Assembly (NCBI GenBank): GCA_028824965.1 | Contig: JAPKBD010000001.1 | Span: 1 to 54,739, forward strand | Length of the DNA stretch: 54,739 nucleotides | Source of the DNA: Alphaproteobacteria bacterium | GTDB taxonomy: Bacteria; Pseudomonadota; Alphaproteobacteria; GCA-2731375 | Direction of reading: 5' to 3' | In this document: positions 19,005 through 27,051 of the stretch, in pieces | Layout: each line of letters starts with the position of its first letter | Position numbering within the stretch: the stretch's first letter is position 1 | Translations under genes and position numbers: made by a program | Notes under the pieces: generated by a model | Told to the model about the DNA's origin: nothing | Databases searched by the model: none | What the model saw: only the letters and a program-made list of their open reading frames with translations

Positions 19005-19760
19005 GTGGGAGAATTTGCTGTGGACCGACGCGTCGCCTTAATCACTGATACCAGCCTGCACCTAGGGCCCGACCTTGCCCGCATTTTGGCAAAACGGAAC
19101 CATGATCTGGTTCTGGGCAACCCCCTGCCGGGTTTGGTGGAGGAAGTGGAGGCATTGGGCGCATCTGTCGTAGCGCTCGACGGTATGGAAGATCTGGGCG
19201 ACGGCAACAACATCGCCCGGTTGATCGATGCGGGACTGCAGCGTTTTCCCCGCCTGGATGCAGCCTGTGTCCGCACCGGCGTCATCATCGGCGGGGCCTT
19301 TCGGGAAGCCACTCTGGATCAATTGCATACCTTGCAGCGGGCCAATCAAGAGGCTGTATTCCATACTCTACAAGCTTTGCTGGGCGTCATGGTGCCCACA
19401 GGCCAGGGCCAGATCCTGATCATAACCTCGGCCACCGGCAAGCGGCTGATGCCGAATACTTCATTGTATAGCGCGACACGCGCCGGTGCGAACATGATGG
19501 TTAAGGCGGCAGCTATGGAAGTGGCCGACCAAGGTGTCTGCGTAAATGCATTGGGCACAGCCTTTCTGGACTATCCCGGATTTATCAAAGTCACCGGCTC
19601 TGATGACCCGAAAGTACGCAAAAAGGTAGAGGGCATGGTGCCCATGAAACGTTTTGGCCAACCGGCTGAAATTGCCCATTTCGCAGCCAGCCTTTTGGAT
19701 GGCGGTAACCAATTTCAAACCGGTCAGTTCTTTTCCATGAGCGGCGGGTGGAGCGATTAA
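19005..19760 (+). CDS. SDR-fold protein with halohydrin-dehalogenase-type signatures (Ser-Tyr-Arg triad, no glycine-rich NAD(P) motif)
   Basis: GTG start. ITSATGKRLMPNTSLYSATRAGA gives S-x12-Y-x3-R, with Arg in place of the SDR Lys. TGxxxGxG is replaced by ITDTSLHLG. The C-terminal MKRFGQPAEIAHFAASLL...TGQFFSMSGGW is SDR/HHDH-like. Confidence 0.7.
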   Translation: MGEFAVDRRVALITDTSLHLGPDLARILAKRNHDLVLGNPLPGLVEEVEALGASVVALDGMEDLGDGNNIARLIDAGLQRFPRLDAACVRTGVIIGGAFREATLDQLHTLQRANQEAVFHTLQALLGVMVPTGQGQILIITSATGKRLMPNTSLYSATRAGANMMVKAAAMEVADQGVCVNALGTAFLDYPGFIKVTGSDDPKVRKKVEGMVPMKRFGQPAEIAHFAASLLDGGNQFQTGQFFSMSGGWSD

Positions 19761-19794
19761 CAACAACGATTAACAAAAGAAAAAGGGGACGATT

Positions 19795-20676
19795 ATGGTC
19801 GAAAAACCAAAGGCGGGGGCCATGGGTGGACAGGTTGAATATTGGAACACCGCCGCAGGGAGCATATGGGTCGACAACCAGGAAAGGTTGGACCACCAAT
19901 TTGGCCCGTTAACCGACCGCCTGTTTACACATGCGAACATCCGAAGTGGGGAACGCGTGATCGATGTTGGTTGCGGTACAGGTGCTACTGTTTTGCGTTC
20001 GGCGGAAACGGTCGGGTCGGGGGGCAGAGTGTTGGGGCTTGATATCTCCAATCCCATGCTGGACCTGGCCCGTTCGCGGGCGCAAGCACACGAAAAGAAT
20101 GGCGGCGGCATGGCGCATCTGGAGTTGAAAATCGCTGACGCCCAAATCGAAAGCTTTGATGCCGGCAGCTATGATTTGATCATGTCGCGTTTTGGCGTGA
20201 TGTTTTTTGGAGATCCGGTTGCGGCTTTCGCCAACCTGTCGGGCGCATTGCGTTCCGGTGGTCGCCTCTGTTTTGTCTGTTGGGGACCCTTGGCGAATAA
20301 TCCGTGGTTTAATATTCCCCGTACGGCAGCGATCCAGTATCTGGGCGCGCCCGCACCCACCGCGCCGCGCGCAGCGGGGCCCATGGCCTTTGCTGAAACC
20401 GACTATATCACGGAAATCCTTACCAACGCCGGGTATTCGGATATTCGGGTTGAGACTGAAACCTGTGACATGGTGGGTGCCGCCACCGCCCAAGAGACCG
20501 CTCATATCTCCATCAATACAGGACCAGCCTATCGGATCATAAAATCCAATGACGCGTCTGCAGAAATTATCGCCTCTATTGAGGCTGATATTGCGGCGGG
20601 GTTCGCCCCCTATCTTCAGTCTGATGCCGTGAAGGTCCCGGCGGAGCTGCATTTCATTCACGCTAAAAAGGCCTGA
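19795..20676 (+). CDS. Class I SAM-dependent methyltransferase
   Basis: Motif I VIDVGCGTGATVL, the post-I acidic LGLDIS, and motif II/III spacing. 293 aa. Confidence 0.85.
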   Translation: MVEKPKAGAMGGQVEYWNTAAGSIWVDNQERLDHQFGPLTDRLFTHANIRSGERVIDVGCGTGATVLRSAETVGSGGRVLGLDISNPMLDLARSRAQAHEKNGGGMAHLELKIADAQIESFDAGSYDLIMSRFGVMFFGDPVAAFANLSGALRSGGRLCFVCWGPLANNPWFNIPRTAAIQYLGAPAPTAPRAAGPMAFAETDYITEILTNAGYSDIRVETETCDMVGAATAQETAHISINTGPAYRIIKSNDASAEIIASIEADIAAGFAPYLQSDAVKVPAELHFIHAKKA

Positions 20677-20678
20677 AC

Positions 20679-22064
20679 ATGGCCGATGTTCATTTCCAAA
20701 GCATACGGGACATCGGCAAATTATTGCGCCAAGGCGACCTGGGTGTGGTGGAACTGACCCAGATCATGCTGGACCGCATCGACCGTCTGGACGGTGCTTT
20801 GAACAGCTATATCACCGTGACCAAGGACCTGGCCCTGAAACAGGCCGCGGTGGCGGAGGGGGAATTGCGCAGCGGCCAGGATCGTGGCCCCTTGCATGGT
20901 ATTCCCATCGCCCTGAAAGACTTGATCCAGACCAAGGACATTCGCACCACCTTTGCCTCCCGCGCCTATAGCGACCATATCCCCACCCACGATGCCGCAG
21001 CCACCAAGGCCTTGGCGCAGGCGGGCGCGGTGCTATTGGGTAAGACAAATCTGTCCGAGGGGGCGGCGGATAGCTCGTCACAATCTTCTGCTTTTGGTGG
21101 CCCCTGCAATCCCTGGAATACCGATTATATTACGGGCGGTTCATCGGGCGGGTCCGGCGCTGCCGTCGCCGCCGGGTTAGCCTTTGCCGCCCTGGGCAGC
21201 GATACGGGCATGTCGATCCGCTATCCATCCGCCCTGTGTGGCATCGTTGGATTAAAGCCAACCTTCGGCAGGGTCTCCAAACAAGGGGCGATGACGTTAT
21301 CGGATTCCCTGGATCACCTCGGGCCCATGACCCGGTCCGTTGAAGATGCGGCCCTGGTTCTACAAGTTCTGGCAGGATACGATCCGGATGATCCCTGCAG
21401 CGTGGATGTGCCTGTGCCCGATTATATCGCCACCATGTCACAGACGCCTGTTCGAGGTACCCGCTTGGCCATTCCACGCCACGATTTGTTCACCGACACG
21501 GACCCTGAATGGGTCGCCGCAACCGAAAAGGCCATTGCTGCCCTGCAAGGCCTGGGCGCGGTGGTGGAGGAAATCCGCCTGCCCGATCTGGATGGCCTGT
21601 TGAGCCTTGGCAACCGTATCGTGGTGACGGAAGCCGCAGCCTATCACCGGGAACGATTTGCCCAAGCGCCGGAAGCATTTGGCCCCGAACTGACCCAGGT
21701 TATCGGCAGGGGCGAAAGTTACAGCGCCACCGACTATATTCTGGCGCAGCAAAGCCGCCGGGCCATGAAGGCGAAATATCTAAAAGCCTTCGAAGGCTTT
21801 GATGCCATGGTGCTGCCGACTTCAACCCTGGCTGCATGCCCTATTGCCGAGGACGCCTATCCCCTGGTACGGCCCCGGTCCCGCAACACCCTGCCCTTCA
21901 ACACCCTGGGGTGGCCGGCCATATCCGTGCCTTGCGGCCTGGCCCGGAATGGTATGCCCATAGGCTTACAAATCGTCGGCCAGCCGTTCGCCGAAGGCAC
22001 CGTTCTTGCTCTCGCACAGGCTTACGATCAAGCAACCAACTGGCCCCGTCACGCGCCCATTTAA
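20679..22064 (+). CDS. Amidase-signature (AS) family amidase
   Basis: The GGSSGGSGAAVAAG ... GSDTGMSIRYPSALCG signature carries the Ser-cisSer-Lys elements. 461 aa. It starts 2 nt after the methyltransferase stop. Confidence 0.9.
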   Translation: MADVHFQSIRDIGKLLRQGDLGVVELTQIMLDRIDRLDGALNSYITVTKDLALKQAAVAEGELRSGQDRGPLHGIPIALKDLIQTKDIRTTFASRAYSDHIPTHDAAATKALAQAGAVLLGKTNLSEGAADSSSQSSAFGGPCNPWNTDYITGGSSGGSGAAVAAGLAFAALGSDTGMSIRYPSALCGIVGLKPTFGRVSKQGAMTLSDSLDHLGPMTRSVEDAALVLQVLAGYDPDDPCSVDVPVPDYIATMSQTPVRGTRLAIPRHDLFTDTDPEWVAATEKAIAALQGLGAVVEEIRLPDLDGLLSLGNRIVVTEAAAYHRERFAQAPEAFGPELTQVIGRGESYSATDYILAQQSRRAMKAKYLKAFEGFDAMVLPTSTLAACPIAEDAYPLVRPRSRNTLPFNTLGWPAISVPCGLARNGMPIGLQIVGQPFAEGTVLALAQAYDQATNWPRHAPI

Positions 22065-22930
22065 ACGCCGGCGTATTTCTCCACCACGTCACGCCATCCT
22101 AGGACTTCTTCCGGTGTGCCCAGGCGCGTCTGCAAACCGGCCATGGGGGTGACCGGGACCAACAGGCGTTGAATGCCGGCTGCGGCCATAGCCGGGATAT
22201 CATCCAGATTGTCGGGCAGGGATGTCGTTATCTCAATCGCATCGGGATCACGGCCGTGTTCGATGGCGCTTTTCCTGACGATGGCGATCAATTCCGCCGG
22301 TGCGCCACGGGCCGGAAAAAAGCCATCACCCAAACGACCGGCCCGTCGGGCGGCAGCTTTCGAATGGCCGCCGATGATGATGGGCACAGTCCCGTTGACC
22401 GGTTGCGGGCGGCAGTAAATATTTTCAAAGCTGGCGAAATCGCCTTTATAAGTGGCCTTTTCCTGAGACCACAGGGCGCGCATGGCCCCTACATAATCGT
22501 CCGTCCTGGCGCCGCGATCATCAAAGGGCGCGCCGATGGCGTCGAATTCTTCCCGCATCCAGCCAACGCCAATACCCAACAACACCCGCCCAGCCGACAT
22601 GTAATCCAGCGTGGCAATCTGCTTGCCCGTGATCACCGGGTTATGTTGCGGCAGGATCAGGATGCCCGTGGCCAGGTTGATACGCGTGGTCGCGGCTGCC
22701 ACATAGGCCATCCAGATCAACGGATCGGGCAGGGGGATATCGTCCTTGCCGCCCGCCATCTTGCCATCGTCGGAGTATGGATAGGCGGACTGATACCCCT
22801 CGGGCACGATTGTGTGCTCCACCGTCCAAGCGGACTCGAAACCGGCCTCCTCGCCGGCCTGTACCAATTCCACTGCCTTTGTGGGGTCCACGTAGCGGCC
22901 CGTGTTGCAATAACGCAATCCAAATTTCAT
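22061..22930 (-). CDS. Luciferase-like (LLM) flavin/deazaflavin-dependent oxidoreductase, short ~290-aa class
   Basis: MKFGLRYCNTG ... AGFESAWTVEH ... LGIGVGW are TIM-barrel LLM motifs. The stop overlaps the amidase stop (TTAA at 22061-22064). Confidence 0.8.
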   Translation of the reverse strand: MKFGLRYCNTGRYVDPTKAVELVQAGEEAGFESAWTVEHTIVPEGYQSAYPYSDDGKMAGGKDDIPLPDPLIWMAYVAAATTRINLATGILILPQHNPVITGKQIATLDYMSAGRVLLGIGVGWMREEFDAIGAPFDDRGARTDDYVGAMRALWSQEKATYKGDFASFENIYCRPQPVNGTVPIIIGGHSKAAARRAGRLGDGFFPARGAPAELIAIVRKSAIEHGRDPDAIEITTSLPDNLDDIPAMAAAGIQRLLVPVTPMAGLQTRLGTPEEVLGWRDVVEKYAGV

Positions 22931-22954
22931 GGCGTATCTCTCCCAGTCATATCT

Positions 22955-23728
22955 TTAGAGGTTAAAAAAACTCGACGCGGACATCCACAACAGACGCGCG
23001 CCAAAAATTGTCAGCAAGATCGTCAACGCCATGCGGAAACGATCATCACCCATGCCGTGAAGCACCCGCCGTCCGACCAGGGTACCCAAAACCCCCGTTG
23101 CGATCATACCGGCGATCAAGGGCAAATACGGTGCGTAATTAAATCCCAATATCCCAAACACCGCGATCTTCAAGCCATGCTGAAACACCATGCAACCCGC
23201 TTGTGTGCCCACGTGGGCCATACGATCCAGTTTCAGGCTTTTCAAGATGGCGGCGACCAAAGGTCCGGTGCCACCAATGAACATGGTCAAAAAACCGGAC
23301 GCACCACCCCCCAGCCACAACGTGGCCCGCCCGAACCCGACTGAGGCCTTGCCCCACGCGGACCACAGAACGAATGACCCCACGGCCAGAAACAACAACC
23401 AATCCGGCAAGCGCACGGCGATCATACCGCCGATAGCAGCGCCGATAGCACCACCGATTGTGATGGGTAGCAATGCAGGCCAATGAATGTAGCGGGCCAT
23501 GACAGTGGCGCGGCTGATGTTGGAACCGATCTGGATCATGCCATGCACCGGGATCAGGGCCACGGCCGGCACAATGGTCGCCATCACCGCCAACAGCACC
23601 ATGCCGCCGCCCAAACCAAATGCGGCGGAAATGAACGATGTCACCGCGCTGAGACCCAGCAATAACAAGGCCACCCAGGGCGCGATTTCAGCCGGCAGCA
23701 GACCCGTTAGTTCGTTAAACCATTCCAT
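22955..23728 (-). CDS. TauE/SafE-family anion (sulfite/sulfonate) exporter
   Basis: 257-aa polytopic protein with duplicated GxGGG-type motifs (AAFGLGGGMVL ... MFIGGTGPL). Confidence 0.82.
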   Translation of the reverse strand: MEWFNELTGLLPAEIAPWVALLLLGLSAVTSFISAAFGLGGGMVLLAVMATIVPAVALIPVHGMIQIGSNISRATVMARYIHWPALLPITIGGAIGAAIGGMIAVRLPDWLLFLAVGSFVLWSAWGKASVGFGRATLWLGGGASGFLTMFIGGTGPLVAAILKSLKLDRMAHVGTQAGCMVFQHGLKIAVFGILGFNYAPYLPLIAGMIATGVLGTLVGRRVLHGMGDDRFRMALTILLTIFGARLLWMSASSFFNL

Positions 23729-23766
23729 CAGGTTTCAACGACCGCCCTAAACCACATCATTCCGGA

Positions 23767-24801
23767 TCATTCAGCATCATCCAGGCGGTAAATCCGGTTG
23801 GCGGTATCGTGGTACAGCGCGGCTTTTTCACCGGCTGTATAATCCGCCGTCAGATGCTTAAAGCTGTTCCACAAAATGTTGTAGCTGCAGGAGCACATAT
23901 CCACGGGGAAATTCGACTCGAACATACAACGTTCAACCCCGAACTGTTCAATGGCATGGTCGTAATAGGGCCGGGTTGCCTGCATTAATTCTTTCGACCC
24001 AGGCGGTTGGTCACGTTCGTGCCAGCCGAAGCCGTTCAGTTCCATATTGATGCCGCCCAGCTTAGCCACCACGTTTTGGCAGCGGGCCAGCTCTGTCACG
24101 TCCGTCTGCCATTGAGCGAAATCATCGTTGCGTTTGCCCGCATAAGGCCCAATGCCAAGGGGGCCGCCGAAATGATCCAGGATGATTGTGGTATCAGGAA
24201 AGGCCTGGGCCAGCTCCGTCAGCTCCCTAATCTGGGTGTGATAGCACCAACCTTCAAAGCTCATATTATGGCGGGCCAAATGGGCGAACCCCTGGCGGAA
24301 GTTTTCCTTTTGGTACAAATGCTGGGGCGGCTCACAGCGGGCATTGGGTACATCGGGTGATGGGTCCCAGGTGCAGGAATGGCGGATACCGCGAAAACGC
24401 CCGCCGCCTGCTTTGACGTGCGCGGCCAGAACGTCATCCACAGCATCGCCCAGGCACAGGTCCGCATGGCCCACGATGCCGGCGGCAACACGTGGCGTGC
24501 CGTAGTCACCGCAGGCACTCATCGCGGCAATGCCGTTGACGAATTCCGTTTCGCCGATCACACGCATGGGCACGGGGCCATCTGCCTTGACCATAGAACC
24601 GCATTCGATGAATACGGTGGAGACGATGTTGTGGCCGCAATTCAGATCTTCCAGAATTTCGTCCAGCAAATAGCGGTGGGCTACCCGCTCGTGTTTAAAC
24701 TCCCATAGATGGTGGTGGGGGTCACAGATCGGCAGATCCGGTTCCAAGGTATCTTCCACCACCTGCGCCAGCCATTCGGCATTTGTTGATTTCGTCGCCA
24801 T
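23767..24801 (-). CDS. Amidohydrolase_2-family metal-dependent hydrolase/decarboxylase (paralogue 1)
   Basis: The ATG at 24799-24801 (minus strand) is preceded by a strong GGAGGAGAG SD. ICDPHHHLWEF is the metal-binding HxH, followed by IILDHFGGP and FESNFPVD. The tracked start at 25026 adds 75 non-homologous residues. Confidence 0.85.
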   Translation of the reverse strand: MATKSTNAEWLAQVVEDTLEPDLPICDPHHHLWEFKHERVAHRYLLDEILEDLNCGHNIVSTVFIECGSMVKADGPVPMRVIGETEFVNGIAAMSACGDYGTPRVAAGIVGHADLCLGDAVDDVLAAHVKAGGGRFRGIRHSCTWDPSPDVPNARCEPPQHLYQKENFRQGFAHLARHNMSFEGWCYHTQIRELTELAQAFPDTTIILDHFGGPLGIGPYAGKRNDDFAQWQTDVTELARCQNVVAKLGGINMELNGFGWHERDQPPGSKELMQATRPYYDHAIEQFGVERCMFESNFPVDMCSCSYNILWNSFKHLTADYTAGEKAALYHDTANRIYRLDDAE

Positions 24802-24946
24802 CTCGATCTCTCCTCCCAAAGTGTAATCAAGCCCGTCAATGTTTGGCTGTATGTTTGGTGGATTGAGCTGCGAGGTCAAGACTTTTGGCAACGGTACTAT
24901 GTGAAAGCATGATAGGTTGAAATAAATTGATCCAAATGGAAGCCTT

Positions 24947-26080
24947 ATGTCAAACGAGCCGCAAACAGATGCCAACAGCGATGCCCTGATCGATGCGATC
25001 AGCGATCTTCTGTCCCCATTGCTCAATGGGATGGAGGCGCTTAGCTATGTTGCGCGGCATTTGCACCCACCGAAGCTGGCCGAACTTGTCGCCAGCGTAC
25101 GGGAAGTTGATCCACCCCTGCGCCAGGGCCTGGAAGCGTTTCGCGCCCAGACCTGGCCGGAGCATCTGCAAGGTTTTGCCGATCGGATGATCGCAGCCGC
25201 CGAAGCGGTCTGCCTCGGCTTCGATGGCTTGCGGGAAGCAGCGTCTGTCCGCGACGGTACTTTTCAGGCCTATCGGGGTATCCGGCAAAACGCCAAGGCC
25301 TTTGCAGCACTTTATCCTATTGCAACCATGTTACCGCCCATCAGCCGTTTCTTTCTGGATGATGCCGGCCAGTTGGACGAGGCGTTGGTTGAGAAACTGG
25401 CCATGGTTGATAGCGGTCGGGAAAATGTTGGTGTTATCCATATCCGAAACGAAAAAGGTGCTGACAGTCGCAGTGATGGGCCCCGCGGTGGGTTTTCCAT
25501 GTATGTGCCGGAATATTATGACGAAACCATCGCCTATCCTCTGATCATGGCCTTGCACGGCGGCAGTGGCCATGGCCGTGATTTTCTGTGGTCCTGGTTG
25601 CGGGATGCCCGCAGCCGGGGCGCCATTGTCATCACGCCGACATCGTTGGAGGGCACCTGGTCCTTAATGGAGCCGGAGGCGGACAGCGAAAACATCGCGC
25701 GCATCCTTGCCTTCGCCCAAGAGCAATGGAACATTGACCCCGCCCGCCTGTTGCTGACGGGGATGAGCGACGGCGGCACCTTCAGCTATATTGCCGGCCT
25801 GCAAAGCACATCACCCTTTACCCACATAGCGCCCATATCAGCCTCGTTCCATCCCATGATGTTGGAGATGATGGACGCAGACCGGATCAGGGGTTTACCG
25901 ATCTATCTGACACATGGGGCGCTGGATTGGATGTTCCCCGTTGATATCGCCCGCACGGCGCAACAGGCTTTGTCGGCAGCGGGTGCGGATTTGCAGTACC
26001 GGGAAATTGCTGATTTGTCCCACACCTATCCCAGCGATGAAAATTCACGCATCCTCAACTGGCTTCTCAACGAAGGATAG
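24947..26080 (+). CDS. Alpha/beta-hydrolase (phospholipase/carboxylesterase-type) with an uncharacterised ~170-aa N-terminal helical domain
   Basis: The C-terminal half has LHGGSGHGRDF, the nucleophile elbow GMSDGG, HGALDWMFP (Asp) and DLSHTYP (His). I recognise no motif in the N-terminal half. Confidence 0.75.
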   Translation: MSNEPQTDANSDALIDAISDLLSPLLNGMEALSYVARHLHPPKLAELVASVREVDPPLRQGLEAFRAQTWPEHLQGFADRMIAAAEAVCLGFDGLREAASVRDGTFQAYRGIRQNAKAFAALYPIATMLPPISRFFLDDAGQLDEALVEKLAMVDSGRENVGVIHIRNEKGADSRSDGPRGGFSMYVPEYYDETIAYPLIMALHGGSGHGRDFLWSWLRDARSRGAIVITPTSLEGTWSLMEPEADSENIARILAFAQEQWNIDPARLLLTGMSDGGTFSYIAGLQSTSPFTHIAPISASFHPMMLEMMDADRIRGLPIYLTHGALDWMFPVDIARTAQQALSAAGADLQYREIADLSHTYPSDENSRILNWLLNEG

Positions 26081-26148
26081 CATTTCCGGGCAATCTTGGT
26101 TATCATTTTGCCATAATCTAAAAACAGTTCATTGAGGGGAGAGAAAAA

Positions 26149-26577
26149 ATGGCCGAAGCACAAAAGGGCGCATTTTTTTGCGGTGGGGTAGAGTTTGAGG
26201 TGGCGGGCGAACCCGCAGCGATGGGCTATTGCCATTGCGTTGATTGCTAAACCTGGGCCGCAGCACCGATCAATTCGTTGAGTCTGTTCCCCCTGGGCAG
26301 CGTCACCGTCACCAAGGGCGAAGACAATATTGGCAGTTTTACCAAGAACCCCAATTCGGATCGCAAATTCTGCAAGACCTGCGGCGGACACCTATTTACC
26401 GATCACCCGCCCATGGGCCTGGTCGATGTCTATGCCAACGTAATGCCCGGCTACAAACACGTGCCCGCCATACATGTGCATTATCAAAACAAGTCGGTTT
26501 CGGTGAACGACGGCCTGCCCAAGTTCAAGGATATGCCCGCAGAATTTGGCGGGTCCGGCGATACTTTACCTGATTAG
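26149..26577 (+). pseudogene. GFA-family (glutathione-dependent formaldehyde-activating / CENP-V-like) gene interrupted by one in-frame TAA
   Basis: ATG 26149 has a GAGGGGAGAG SD. Codons 1-33 read MAEAQKGAFFCGGVEFEVAGEPAAMGYCHCVDC, then TAA at 26248-26250, then in the same frame TWAAAPINSL...FCKTCGGHLF (tracked ORF 26278-26577). There is no frameshift. Confidence 0.8.
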
Positions 26578-26656
26578 ATCATATTCCCATTATGGCGGCG
26601 ACAGGCTAGAAGTGTAGCCGTGTCGATATCTTTATGTTTTTGGGAGCTGAAACGCC

Positions 26657-26983
26657 ATGATCTATGAATTGCGGATTTACCATTGTGTGCCGGGCCGTTT
26701 GCCGGATTTGTTGAAACGGTTTGAGACGATCACCCTGCCGATCTGGGAACGCCACGGCATTCGCCAGGCGGGCTTTTGGACCACTTTGGTGGGCGAGTCT
26801 AATCAGGACCTGACCTATATGCTGGCCTGGGAATCTATGGCGGAGCGTGAGGAAAAGTTTGGCGCTTTTGCCAAGGACCCGGAGTGGCTGGAAAAGCGCG
26901 CCGGCACTGAAGCCAATGGCCAGATCGTCGCCTCTCTATCCAGCCAATTCCTGGCACCGACGGCATTCTCGTCCGTTAAATAA
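26657..26983 (+). CDS. NIPSNAP-family protein (108 aa)
   Basis: MIYELRIYHCVPGRLPDLLKRFE...WERHG...FWTT is the typical NIPSNAP/dimeric alpha-beta-barrel signature. Confidence 0.85.
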   Translation: MIYELRIYHCVPGRLPDLLKRFETITLPIWERHGIRQAGFWTTLVGESNQDLTYMLAWESMAEREEKFGAFAKDPEWLEKRAGTEANGQIVASLSSQFLAPTAFSSVK

Positions 26984-27051
26984 ACAACTTCGACCCTGCA
27001 ACACTCTGTTTGCGGCCCTCATAAAATAGGCCCGCAACAGGGTGGAGCCGG

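Noticed and set aside
22061-22930. Accepting an F420-dependent annotation for the short LLM oxidoreductase.
   Set aside because: The cofactor cannot be inferred from the sequence seen here. F420 biosynthesis genes are not in the window and are uncommon in alphaproteobacteria, so only the fold-level call was kept.
27010-27037. The hairpin TTGCGGCC...GGCC(c)GCAA between the NIPSNAP and bicupin genes as an intrinsic terminator.
   Set aside because: The stem is bulged and there is no U-tract on either strand. It may still be a structural 3' element, but the support is too weak for a feature call.
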